Shown here piece after piece: positions 23,463-32,000 of a stretch of DNA of 32,000 nt (within the stretch, counting starts at the first letter, position 1; every line of letters begins with the position of its first letter). Below the pieces are notes generated by a model. That model saw only the letters and a program-made list of their open reading frames with translations, was not told the origin of the DNA and did not search any database. The translations under genes were made by a program, and so were the position numbers. Source of the DNA: Dokdonia sp. (GTDB lineage Bacteria; Bacteroidota; Bacteroidia; Flavobacteriales; Flavobacteriaceae). The stretch spans positions 77,951-109,950 of the forward strand of contig NZ_JBDUXP010000021.1 of assembly GCF_039945015.1 (NCBI RefSeq), read 5' to 3'.

Positions 23463-24737
23463 ATGCAACGAGATACTGCTATTTTTGATTTGATTCAAGA
23501 AGAAAAAGAACGTCAGATAGACGGATTAGAATTAATTGCTTCAGAAAACTTTGTAAGTGACCAAGTAATGGAAGCTGCTGGTTCTGTACTTACCAATAAA
23601 TACGCCGAGGGATATCCTGGTAAACGCTATTATGGTGGCTGTGAGGTAGTAGACGTGGTGGAAACTATTGCTATAGAGCGTGCCAAAGAACTTTTTGGAG
23701 CCGAATATGCAAACGTGCAACCGCATTCTGGATCTCAGGCAAACACGGCTGTTTTCCATGCGTGTTTAAAGCCAGGAGATACTTTTTTAGGATTTGATTT
23801 GTCTCACGGAGGACACTTAACACATGGATCTCCAGTAAACTTTTCAGGAAAATTATACAATCCTATTTTTTACGGAGTAGAGAAGGAGACAGGGCGTCTA
23901 GATTATGATAAAATTCAAGAGATCGCTTTGCGCGAAAAGCCAAAAATGATCCTTGCCGGAGCGAGTGCTTATTCTCGTGAAATAGATTATGCACGCTTTC
24001 GCGAAATTGCAGACAGTATAAATGCCATCTTATTTGCAGATATTGCGCACCCTGCTGGTCTTATCGCCAAAGGAATTATCTCAGATCCAATACCACATTG
24101 TCATATAGTGACAACAACAACACATAAAACCCTTCGCGGACCAAGAGGAGGTCTTATCTTAATGGGGAAAGATTTTGAAAACCCATTTGGACTAACGCTT
24201 AAGAGTGGGAAACCTCGTATGATGTCTTCATTATTAAATAGTGGGATTTTCCCAGGAAATCAAGGAGGACCTTTAGAGCATATCATTGCTGCAAAAGCCA
24301 TTGCTTTTGGAGAAGCACTTACTGATGAATTCTTACATTATATGGTACAAGTACAAAAGAATGCACAAGTAATGGCAGCTGCTTTTGTTGCCAAAGGATA
24401 TGATATCATTTCTGGAGGAACAGATAACCATATGATGCTTATTGATTTACGTAATAAAGATATTACAGGGAAAGCTGCTGAAGCTGTTCTTGGAAAAGCA
24501 GATATTACAGTAAATAAAAATATGGTGCCATTTGATGATAAATCACCGTTTGTGACTTCAGGTATTCGTATAGGAACTGCAGCAGTTACAACACGTGGAC
24601 TTAAAGAAAACGATATGCAAACCATCGTTAACTTTATAGATGAAGCTATTATAAATCATGAAGATGATGCTGCACTAGAAGCAATCGCAGGAAAAGTAAA
24701 TGAAATGATGGGTGATAAGCCATTATTTGTAGCTTAA
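23463..24737 (+). CDS. glyA: Serine hydroxymethyltransferase
   Basis: Motifs [23 protein letters not shown] and the PLP-lysine motif [15 protein letters not shown]. Confidence 0.95.
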   Translation: MQRDTAIFDLIQEEKERQIDGLELIASENFVSDQVMEAAGSVLTNKYAEGYPGKRYYGGCEVVDVVETIAIERAKELFGAEYANVQPHSGSQANTAVFHACLKPGDTFLGFDLSHGGHLTHGSPVNFSGKLYNPIFYGVEKETGRLDYDKIQEIALREKPKMILAGASAYSREIDYARFREIADSINAILFADIAHPAGLIAKGIISDPIPHCHIVTTTTHKTLRGPRGGLILMGKDFENPFGLTLKSGKPRMMSSLLNSGIFPGNQGGPLEHIIAAKAIAFGEALTDEFLHYMVQVQKNAQVMAAAFVAKGYDIISGGTDNHMMLIDLRNKDITGKAAEAVLGKADITVNKNMVPFDDKSPFVTSGIRIGTAAVTTRGLKENDMQTIVNFIDEAIINHEDDAALEAIAGKVNEMMGDKPLFVA

Positions 24738-24754
24738 TACTAATTAATAGTCAT

Positions 24755-24795
24755 AAAAAAAGAGTGTTTCATACTATATGGAACACTCTTTTTTT
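24755..24795 (+). terminator. Intrinsic terminator of glyA
   Basis: A-run, then stem agagtgtt (24761-24768) with aacactct (24782-24789), followed by a 7-T run. Confidence 0.7.
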
Positions 24796-25023
24796 GTGTA
24801 TACTATTTTATTGAAATACTTACATATAACAAATAATTTCTATGTGATACTTTATATAGATGATTAGAGTTATCGTTTGCTTATTAGAAAAGAAAGGTCA
24901 AGTGTTATGATGATAAATGGTATTTGAATATTAATAGATACTTTAGCTTTCATAACGACAATGTAATTTTAATATATAAAGCTACATCTAATCTATTAAT
25001 CTTATATCCCCATTACTAAGGAT

Positions 25024-25407
25024 TTATACTATTTCTTTCCCTTGTATATATTGATATGCTGTTCGTTGTAATGTACCAGCACCTGAAAGATGTAACTTCT
25101 TATTAATATTTTTACGATGCGTACTTACAGTGGCTTCACTTATAGAAAGCATCTCTGCAATCTCTTTTGAAGAAAAGTCAAGACCAATCAAATTAAAGAT
25201 TTGATTTTGTCGAGATGATAAGGCACTAGAATAATTTTCTTGTTTACTATATACTTTGATAAGATGAATGATTTTATCAATTAATTTAGGATTTTTAGAA
25301 ATGGTTCGATAGGCAATGATGATTTTTAGTGTTTGATGAATGTTTAATTTTTGATGTTGTAGGCATGCGCGTTCAATATGTGTAATAATCTCTTGGGTTA
25401 TGTTCAT
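25024..25407 (-). CDS. Stand-alone LuxR/FixJ-type HTH transcription regulator with no receiver domain
   Basis: C-terminal LSSRQNQIFNLIGLDFSSKEIAEMLSISEATVSTHRKNINKKL matches the GerE/LuxR HTH. The first ~65 aa are unassigned. Confidence 0.7.
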   Translation of the reverse strand: MNITQEIITHIERACLQHQKLNIHQTLKIIIAYRTISKNPKLIDKIIHLIKVYSKQENYSSALSSRQNQIFNLIGLDFSSKEIAEMLSISEATVSTHRKNINKKLHLSGAGTLQRTAYQYIQGKEIV

Positions 25408-25479
25408 AGTATAAATTTAACCAGAACATGTAGTAGATAAAATACCCGTTATCAGGTATTTGTAATAATTTACTTGTAA

Positions 25480-25516
25480 AAAAAGCGAGATATCATATGT
25501 AGACATTTCGCTTTTT
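25480..25516 (-). terminator. Hairpin terminator after the 138-aa gene
   Basis: Stem aaaaagcga / tcgcttttt with a 19-nt loop. On the minus strand it is followed by a T-run. The long loop lowers confidence. Confidence 0.4.
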
Positions 25517-25535
25517 AAATACGTAATAATTCTTT

Positions 25536-25952
25536 TTATTCTAGGGTTCCTTTTGCAAAATAGCCCCAATCGGTATTTCCGTCTTTCTCATCAGATTTGT
25601 TTGAGACATGCCTCATATGATATACAGAAAGTTCAGTTTCTGAAGACCAAGAGATAGAAAACATTTGTGTTTCTGTCCAAACTCCCCCTTTGTTAATCCA
25701 GAAAAAATTTAATTGTTCTCCATACCCTTTACTCGTTTGTACTTCAAATTGCCTGTCTTTTACTAAATCACCATCTTCATCTTCTGCTACACCATATACG
25801 TTGTTATCTTCAATAAATAGGGTAAGTGTGTATTGTTCTCCATTTTCTTTTTCCATAACGCCTTTCCAAAGCCCGTCAAAGTCACGAGTTTGGGCAAAAC
25901 TACTACAGATGGATACTAAAATGATTGATACTGCTAGAATGGTTTTTTTCAT
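25536..25952 (-). CDS. Small exported protein of unknown function
   Basis: Signal peptide MKKTILAVSIILVSICSSFAQ. The mature part is acidic and beta-rich. No motif recognised. Confidence 0.55.
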   Translation of the reverse strand: MKKTILAVSIILVSICSSFAQTRDFDGLWKGVMEKENGEQYTLTLFIEDNNVYGVAEDEDGDLVKDRQFEVQTSKGYGEQLNFFWINKGGVWTETQMFSISWSSETELSVYHMRHVSNKSDEKDGNTDWGYFAKGTLE

Positions 25953-26223
25953 TGTTTTGTTGTTTTTTACTTGTTAAAAGTATATAATTACGACCTTTAA
26001 AAAAATATCCAACATTAGATGATTATGCATAAACCGTAATTATATTGATGGTTATGCGTAACAATATAAGTAAAAAGATATGATTCGTTAACAAAAAGTT
26101 AACAACTGTGCCTGAAGAATAGACAGTACCCTATATATCTTAAAGAATACTATTAGAGCCTACGTATACAGTATACTAGGTTATAGAGATATTGTTATGA
26201 AATGTTATAAGAGATATAGCTCT

Positions 26224-26853
26224 TTAGAAATCATATTTGCTCTGAATAGCATATTTAAGAAGTTCTCCTTTACCACTAAGTCCTAGTTTACGCATCATAT
26301 TTTTACGATGTTTTTCTACGGTAGAGACCGCTGTAAATCGGATGTCTGCAATTTCTGATGAGGTTTTATTTTGAGCGATGAGCTTTAAGATTTCTCGCTC
26401 ACTTTTGGAAAGATTGGATTTTGGGGTTTTTACTTTCGCGGAAGCGTTATCAAACAAGGTATGATCAATTCCTATGTCATAATATGGATTTCCTTCCATC
26501 ACGGCATAAATGGCCTTTAATAACTCCTCCAACGGACTATTCTTTAATACATATCCCTTGGCGCCTGCGTCTCGCATTTGGATAACGGCTCGGTCTTCAT
26601 CAAACATAGAGAAGGCAATCACCTTGATATGCGGAAACTCTTTTGAGATGACCTTGGTAGCCTCAATGCCATCTAGTTTAGGCATCCTAATGTCTGTAAT
26701 GACCACTTTAGGCTGTTTGAGACGTACAATATCTAATAAGCCTTTTCCGTCATTTGCAGTGCCTATAATGGAGATTCCTTCCTCATATTTTAATAGGAGT
26801 TGGATCCCGTCTATAAGCGATTGGTGGTCTTCTGCAATGGCAATTGTGATCAT
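26224..26853 (-). CDS. NarL/FixJ-family response regulator (REC + LuxR HTH)
   Basis: Receiver acidic pocket IAIAEDH, phospho-acceptor VVITDIRMPKLDG, conserved GAKGYVLK. HTH: LSKSEREILKLIAQNKTSSEIADIRFTAVSTVEKHRKNMMRKLG. Confidence 0.9.
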   Translation of the reverse strand: MITIAIAEDHQSLIDGIQLLLKYEEGISIIGTANDGKGLLDIVRLKQPKVVITDIRMPKLDGIEATKVISKEFPHIKVIAFSMFDEDRAVIQMRDAGAKGYVLKNSPLEELLKAIYAVMEGNPYYDIGIDHTLFDNASAKVKTPKSNLSKSEREILKLIAQNKTSSEIADIRFTAVSTVEKHRKNMMRKLGLSGKGELLKYAIQSKYDF

Positions 26854-26995
26854 TTTTTTGTGTTTATAGGTTTAGTTGTTTATGAGTTTAATAGTATTGA
26901 TTATGAAATGTAACCTATTAAAAGCTGATTTCATTACTCGTTGTTAGGTTATTGCATTATTTACTGTCGTATTTTAATCTTGCTTATTTTGATAC

Positions 26996-27019
26996 ACTTC
27001 GATAGGCTCAGTGCTGTGC
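26996..27019. repeat. Short dispersed motif acttcgataggctcagtgctgtgc
   Basis: A near-copy of acttcgacaggctcagcgtgac at 31455-31476. Both lie shortly downstream of a histidine-kinase stop codon. Confidence 0.4.
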
Positions 27020-27067
27020 AATTTACTTTTAGCAAATTTTGAATGCAGTTATATTATAAATATAACT

Positions 27068-29026
27068 TTATTCTTGTAAAGGAATATCAATACTGATACT
27101 GGTTCCTCTTCCTAGAGTGCTGTCTACTTCTATGCTTCCTTCTAAGTGTTCTACACGGCGTTCTATGTTGCCAAGTCCCATGCCATCCTTTTCTTCCAAC
27201 TTTCCTACTATAAAGCCTTTGCCGTTGTCTTCTACCATGATGTTGAGTTCGTTGTCATGTTGGGTTAATGAAATGGTCGCTTCTGATGCTTGTGCGTGTT
27301 TAACAATGTTTGTCACGAGTTCTTGTATGATTCTAAAGATGGTAATCTCTAACTCGTTGGGAATTCTGTTTTCCAATCCAAAGTCTTGCACATCAATGGT
27401 AAGAGTATTTGTCGTAGAAACAGTACGAGAAAGTTTTTCTATCGCAGGTAAGAGTCCATCTTTTGCCATCACGCCACTGTTACTCTTATGAGAGATGGAT
27501 CTTACTTTCTCATAGGCTTCATTCACCAAGTCATTGGTTTTTTGAAGTAATGCTTTTGGGTCATCTACCTTATCGAGATTACGCTCTAGATTCTCAACTT
27601 GCATCCGTACGGTAGCAAGGGTACTGCCTAGATTATCATGCAATTCGCCTGCGAGTCGCAGGCGTTCTTTTTCTTGTCCAGATACCATGGCATTAATGGT
27701 TTCTAGTTCTTTTTCTTTAAGAATGGTTTCTGTCTTTTGGATTTGGAGTTCGCGATCTTGCTCTGCAATGCGTTGTTTTCGTTTGGTGTTGCGGTAGACG
27801 AGGAAGGCGATGATGGAGCCGAGGAGGAGGGTGGAGGTTAGGATTATAGTTATTTGTTTTGTTTTTGCATCTGCTTTTACTTTATCTAATATAAGTTCGT
27901 TATTTTTAGTTTCTTGCTCTGCTATTGTTTTTTCTTTTTCTGCGGTTCTTAATTGCTGATTTAATTCACTTACAACTAAGTTATTTTTATCATAGTTGTA
28001 TAATCTACGATTTAAAAAAGAATTATACATTAATTTATAAGCGATTGCATAATTATTTTTTGATTCATTTAATGCAATTGCTTTAGGTTCATGATAATAA
28101 ATTGCTTTAAACCTATCTAATAATTCCTGAGATGATATACTATCTGATCTATTATAATATTGATTTGCATTTTTAAAATAAAAATTAGCTTTATTGAACA
28201 AACCTTCTTTTGAAAAAGTGGCACCTAAATCTAAGAAAGCATTAAGCTTGCTTTGATAGGTAAAAGGAGAGTCTTTATATTCGATTACTTTATTTAAAAA
28301 ATATTTTGCACTGTCTAATGTTCCTATAGTTCTATAGTATGCTCCAATATTTTCATAATATCTAATTTTTATATGATCTTTTAATTTGGATTCATTTTTA
28401 GAAATAAACTTAATTAGATCCTTGCAAGATTGATGGAAAATTGCTCTATCTTCTTTTATAGTCATTCCTTCAAATAAATTGTTGTAATATTTTGACCAAG
28501 CAATGTCACTTAAAGTTGTATTTAATTTTTCATATTCTTTTAAGTATTCTTTAAAAGATTTTCTTGTTAACGTATTTTCTCTAGAATATAATTTTAAATA
28601 ACCAAGTAATGCAAGTTTTTGAAAATCAATATTATTAGAATCCTTAGCTATTTGAAGTGCATTTTCTAATTGGTGTATACATGGTACATTTCTTTTATTA
28701 TTTAACAGATGATAATATGCATTAATACAACTTCCTAGAATAGTTAATGTATCATTTGTCTTATATATTGTTTGATAAAAAGAAATAGAATCTTCCGTAG
28801 GTTTTTGTCCTTGATTATTAATTAGTTGATTTAATAATATAATTTTTTTTTGTTGTTGTAGGTCATTCATCTTTTTTGATTCATTTATGACTGTAATTGA
28901 ATCTCCAGATATTAAATTTTCAGTAACCCTTTCAGAAATAGTCTCTTGCCCTAAGAGGATTACTGAATTTAATATAACAACAAAGAAAAGTAGTAGCTCA
29001 ATAATTTTATGGATTGTCATAGACAC
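27068..29026 (-). CDS. Sensor histidine kinase: signal-anchor, TPR-like extracytoplasmic domain, TM helix, coiled coil, HisKA_3, HATPase_c
   Basis: N-terminal helix IIELLLFFVVILNSVILL. Second TM ITIILTSTLLLGSIIAFLVY. H-box AGELHDNLGSTLA. N-box IIQELVTNIVKHA. G-boxes DNGKGF and GMGLGNIERRV. Confidence 0.85.
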   Translation of the reverse strand: MSMTIHKIIELLLFFVVILNSVILLGQETISERVTENLISGDSITVINESKKMNDLQQQKKIILLNQLINNQGQKPTEDSISFYQTIYKTNDTLTILGSCINAYYHLLNNKRNVPCIHQLENALQIAKDSNNIDFQKLALLGYLKLYSRENTLTRKSFKEYLKEYEKLNTTLSDIAWSKYYNNLFEGMTIKEDRAIFHQSCKDLIKFISKNESKLKDHIKIRYYENIGAYYRTIGTLDSAKYFLNKVIEYKDSPFTYQSKLNAFLDLGATFSKEGLFNKANFYFKNANQYYNRSDSISSQELLDRFKAIYYHEPKAIALNESKNNYAIAYKLMYNSFLNRRLYNYDKNNLVVSELNQQLRTAEKEKTIAEQETKNNELILDKVKADAKTKQITIILTSTLLLGSIIAFLVYRNTKRKQRIAEQDRELQIQKTETILKEKELETINAMVSGQEKERLRLAGELHDNLGSTLATVRMQVENLERNLDKVDDPKALLQKTNDLVNEAYEKVRSISHKSNSGVMAKDGLLPAIEKLSRTVSTTNTLTIDVQDFGLENRIPNELEITIFRIIQELVTNIVKHAQASEATISLTQHDNELNIMVEDNGKGFIVGKLEEKDGMGLGNIERRVEHLEGSIEVDSTLGRGTSISIDIPLQE

Positions 29027-29678
29027 TAATTTTTGCTATCGAAGATTTACATAAACCTCCTCCCGCATCTAAATTAATAATATCTAAATCTTCGTCATAT
29101 TCTGGTCCCATAATTATTTTAAAATCTCCATTCTTTCTAGTTTTAACGTGTCTTTTTCCATTACGATAATAAAATTCTTCATCAAAAATCCCATATTTAA
29201 TAGTATTCTCTATTTCAATATCTGTATCTTCCAGAACAGCTACTTGATTATTAAGCCCTACCAAGGTTCTATCAATGATAAGATATGAATCGTTTTCTAT
29301 AACTGGGAAAGAACCATATTCTTCAATGATTTTCTCAGCATTTTTTATATATGAACCCTTTGAGTTATCAAAATCTATTTTTACGTTTACTTTTATAAAT
29401 ATTCCTTTTTCTTCTATAATACTTCCTTCATTTTGAATTTTTTTATTGATTTTGATCTCAAAATCATCAATACCTAAGTTAAATGGTCCTTTGTAATTTA
29501 CTATTCTGATCTCAAAGCTTTGTAACCTTACTTTTCTTGGGTTATAATCGCTATCTGGTATAACTATAAACCTCCCAAAAAGTGCATATAAAGTGCTATA
29601 GGATTGTCCAACATATAATAATTGAAACCTGTTGTTATCTTTTACAGTTAGTCTTAAATTACTAGTTAAGTTTTCCAT
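29007..29678 (-). CDS. Hypothetical 223-aa acidic, beta-rich cytoplasmic protein (no family recognised)
   Basis: The ORF starts 10 nt after the S8 stop, and its last 20 nt overlap the kinase start. No signal peptide, TM helix, P-loop or metal motif. The support for it being coding is the tight coupling on both sides. Confidence 0.55.
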   Translation of the reverse strand: MENLTSNLRLTVKDNNRFQLLYVGQSYSTLYALFGRFIVIPDSDYNPRKVRLQSFEIRIVNYKGPFNLGIDDFEIKINKKIQNEGSIIEEKGIFIKVNVKIDFDNSKGSYIKNAEKIIEEYGSFPVIENDSYLIIDRTLVGLNNQVAVLEDTDIEIENTIKYGIFDEEFYYRNGKRHVKTRKNGDFKIIMGPEYDEDLDIINLDAGGGLCKSSIAKISVYDNP

Positions 29679-29688
29679 AATACATTTT

Positions 29689-31239
29689 TTATTTTTGATT
29701 ATTATTTAATTTTATTGCTTCATTTACACAGTTATAAACATTTAAAATGCCTACTCCATAATGATTGTCTGGTGTTGAAGGGAATGGGGTGTAAATACCT
29801 TCTTTCATTATAATACTTTTAATTTCTTCTGCTTTCAGATTTGGGTTTTGACATAGCATTAAAGCGATACACCCTGTTACCAATGGCGCAGATGCAGAAG
29901 TACCACTAAAATTTAAAAAGTAATTATTCCCTCCTCCAGGTTTAGTTTCTCTATTGGCTCCATATACATACATTATATCTGTAGTTATTAAGTTTGTTCC
30001 TGGAGCAGCAATATCTACTTTAGTCCCATAATTAGAACCCCAATCTGATGAATTACATTCTTTTTTCTTTTTTGGCATATTATCAATATCGAGTGCTGCT
30101 ACAGTTATCACAGAATCTAAATTTGAAGGAAATTGTTGTGTACATTGTTTATTACCTGCAGAGAAAACAATAGGTGTACCTAACCCTTCTCTACCTTTTG
30201 TTGCAACTTCTTCTATAGCAGCTCTTAAAGTTTTGAATGGAGATTTAAAAGTCCAAGAACAATTTATTACATCAGTTTTATCCTCAAACCCAGCAATTAG
30301 TAGTGCTTTTATAATTTTAAATAAATCTATGTTAAATCTTATTCTATTTATATCATTTTCATCATAATCAGAAAATCCAATCCTGTATGCTGCCAAACCA
30401 CAGCCTGTAGCAACACCGTCAACACCATATTTACCGATCTTGTTCCCAACAGCTAGGCCTGCACAATGTGTTCCATGTGGATCATAGTTTGATGGATTGG
30501 GTTTACTATCTTCATTTATAAAATCCCAGGAATATTTTTTTATTATTGCTTCTCTTAAATCAATATGTGTTAAATCTACTCCAGAATCTAAGATTCCTAC
30601 TTTGATATTTTTCTTACCTATATACCCTTGCTTATGAGTTTCATTTACTTTTATAGTGTCATACGCTTTTTGTTCACCAAGATCAGGGGCAATTTTGTTA
30701 TAAAATTTTGGATTAAAATATTCAAATAATTGAGGAGCCTTTTCAATTGTTGAAAAATTTAATTCTGCAATACTCACCCAAGATAGATTCGATAATATTT
30801 TTTGTTGATCTTCTGCAATTTTATCATTATCATATGTTATGAGGTGAAAATTTGCATAACCATCTTTACATTCTCCTATTCCTACTTCAATATTTATTTT
30901 TTTTTGAATTTCCTCTTTTGAATAAGCATAATCAGTTAAAATTATTACAGAACTACTTCCAAAATAGATTTCTCCTTTTCGTTCGTAAGTTCTATTTTTA
31001 GATTTGACTAACTCTTTCTCAGAATCAATTATTGGATCATTTAATTTCAACCCTTTGATTAAATCAACTTCGTAAGTATTATTCTTTTTGAATAGTCTTC
31101 GACAACTTATTTTTTCGCTACTGCCTTTATAATAGAGTTTTTCAATATTAACCTCTTTTATAAATTGAACTTTCGCTTTATGTTCAATGATTTTAAATTC
31201 AATAACATCACCATCATAATTATGAGTATATTTTTTCAT
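29689..31239 (-). CDS. S8 subtilisin-like serine protease without a signal peptide, with a ~200-aa N-terminal extension
   Basis: Catalytic triad motifs VGILDSGVD, HGTHCAGLA and GTSASAPLV; oxyanion SAGN. The N-terminus MKKYTHNYDGDVIEFKIIEH is hydrophilic. No C-terminal sorting domain recognised. The segment ...ILSNLSWVSIAELNF just before the catalytic domain resembles the end of an I9 propeptide. Confidence 0.85.
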   Translation of the reverse strand: MKKYTHNYDGDVIEFKIIEHKAKVQFIKEVNIEKLYYKGSSEKISCRRLFKKNNTYEVDLIKGLKLNDPIIDSEKELVKSKNRTYERKGEIYFGSSSVIILTDYAYSKEEIQKKINIEVGIGECKDGYANFHLITYDNDKIAEDQQKILSNLSWVSIAELNFSTIEKAPQLFEYFNPKFYNKIAPDLGEQKAYDTIKVNETHKQGYIGKKNIKVGILDSGVDLTHIDLREAIIKKYSWDFINEDSKPNPSNYDPHGTHCAGLAVGNKIGKYGVDGVATGCGLAAYRIGFSDYDENDINRIRFNIDLFKIIKALLIAGFEDKTDVINCSWTFKSPFKTLRAAIEEVATKGREGLGTPIVFSAGNKQCTQQFPSNLDSVITVAALDIDNMPKKKKECNSSDWGSNYGTKVDIAAPGTNLITTDIMYVYGANRETKPGGGNNYFLNFSGTSASAPLVTGCIALMLCQNPNLKAEEIKSIIMKEGIYTPFPSTPDNHYGVGILNVYNCVNEAIKLNNNQK

Positions 31240-31454
31240 GGTTAAATATTTTTAACAAAACTGAAGTTTTATTCAATGTTTTGTTATACCCATTACTGGG
31301 TATATTCTGTTAGCATTTGCTGAAAAACAACATGTTATGTTACGGGTTCCCGTAAAATGGAGGGTGAAATGACATATGTGTAAATAATTTGTAGGAAGAT
31401 GTTTGTGATTTATAAAGCGTAGTAAAAGGGGAGAGAATGTGATAAGTCTGATGT

Positions 31455-31476
31455 ACTTCGACAGGCTCAGCGTGAC
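31455..31476. repeat. Short dispersed motif acttcgacaggctcagcgtgac, with a nearby small hairpin gattctc-tat-gagaatc
   Basis: See 26996-27019 and 21530-21621. All were read directly from the sequence. Confidence 0.4.
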
Positions 31477-31564
31477 ATGTTTTTATGAACAGAGTATTCG
31501 ATACGATTCTCTATGAGAATCACTCAATCGCCTAGCATTTAAGTTTTATAAGATCTAGTTCTGT

Positions 31565-32000
31565 TTACAAAGGAATATCAATACTCACGCTGGTACCATG
31601 TCCTATAGCACTATCTATTTCTACAGAGCCTTCTAAGTGTTCTACGCGGCGTTCTATGCTACCGAGTCCCATACCATCTTTTTTTTGGAGTTTAGTTGCT
31701 TTAAAACCTTTGCCGTTGTCTTCTACCATGATGTTGAGTTCGTTGTCGTGTTGGGTGAGGGAGATAGTAGCTTCTGTGGCTTGTGCGTGCTTGACAATAT
31801 TGGTCACAAGTTCTTGTATGATTCTAAAGATGGTAATTTCAAGTTCGTTGGGAATTCTGTTTTCTAACCCAAAGTCTTGTACCTCTATAGTAAGACTATT
31901 AGGATTAGAAACCGTACGTGCCAATTTTTGAATAGCAGGTAAGAGTCCGTCTTTTGCCATGACCCCGCTATTACGTTCGTGAGAGATGGAGCGAACTTTG
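31565..32000 (-). CDS. C-terminal part of a second HisKA_3/HATPase_c sensor kinase, paralog of 27068-29026 (5' end outside the window)
   Basis: The frame stays open upstream of the Met in the track (KVRSISHERNSGV-MAKDG...), matching KVRSISHKSNSGVMAKDG in the paralog. My hand alignment shows 19 differences in 131 residues. Confidence 0.85.
   Translation of the reverse strand, partial: KVRSISHERNSGVMAKDGLLPAIQKLARTVSNPNSLTIEVQDFGLENRIPNELEITIFRIIQELVTNIVKHAQATEATISLTQHDNELNIMVEDNGKGFKATKLQKKDGMGLGSIERRVEHLEGSVEIDSAIGHGTSVSIDIPL

Noticed and set aside
27117-27491. A 124-aa antisense ORF in the kinase gene that is 'conserved' with the antisense ORF at 31656-31931
   Set aside because: The conservation is a by-product of the sense-strand paralogy between the two kinase genes. 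It is not evidence of an overlapping gene.
29007-29678. Calling the 223-aa protein a bacterial gasdermin
   Set aside because: Only the genomic logic fits: a small protein next to a protease. The sequence is highly charged, lacks the G/A/S/T/L-rich membrane-inserting character I would expect, and shows no motif I can match. This is kept only as one hypothesis to test by structure prediction.

Overview
This is a low-GC window that looks like a Bacteroidota or Flavobacteriia chromosome: exported proteins carry lipobox or SPI signals, there are TPR/HisKA_3 kinases with LuxR-type regulators, and Shine-Dalgarno sites are not obvious. No searches were run; all calls rest on motifs read from the supplied translations and DNA.

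Layout:
- (a) 1-3300: the end of a probable mobile element. It holds a tail-anchored protein fragment, a 33-aa TM micro-ORF and an 838-aa ArdC-like/zincin/RecA-RadA-like fusion. Four hairpins follow, and it abuts tRNA-Arg(ACG) at 3409-3482.
- (b) 3577-5447: housekeeping apt and an M24B Xaa-Pro aminopeptidase.
- (c) 21385 down to 5453: a tightly packed train of ten minus-strand genes. In order: OCD/mu-crystallin reductase, Cys/Thr-type proline-racemase-family enzyme, GH63-like glycosidase, GNAT, GH2, a 1008-aa kinase-M23-aminotransferase fusion, GH2, an NTF2-like protein and an S28/S37-like peptidase. I read this as a candidate pathway for collagen-derived Glc-Gal-hydroxylysine and 3-hydroxyproline.
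- (d) 21631-22087: a tandem array that re-copies the 3' end and terminator of the fumarylacetoacetase gene.
- (e) 22057-24737: fahA and glyA.
- (f) 25024-32000: a regulatory and accessory block. It holds an orphan LuxR HTH, a small secreted protein, a NarL-type response regulator and a TPR sensor kinase. An AT-rich pair follows (a leaderless S8 subtilase and an unknown 223-aa protein) that is translationally chained into that kinase. The block ends with a second, about 85% identical kinase paralog cut by the window edge.

The strongest candidates for something new are the collagen-glycopeptide operon with its tri-domain enzyme, the cytoplasmic subtilase/223-aa/kinase module, and the ArdC-RecA fusion.
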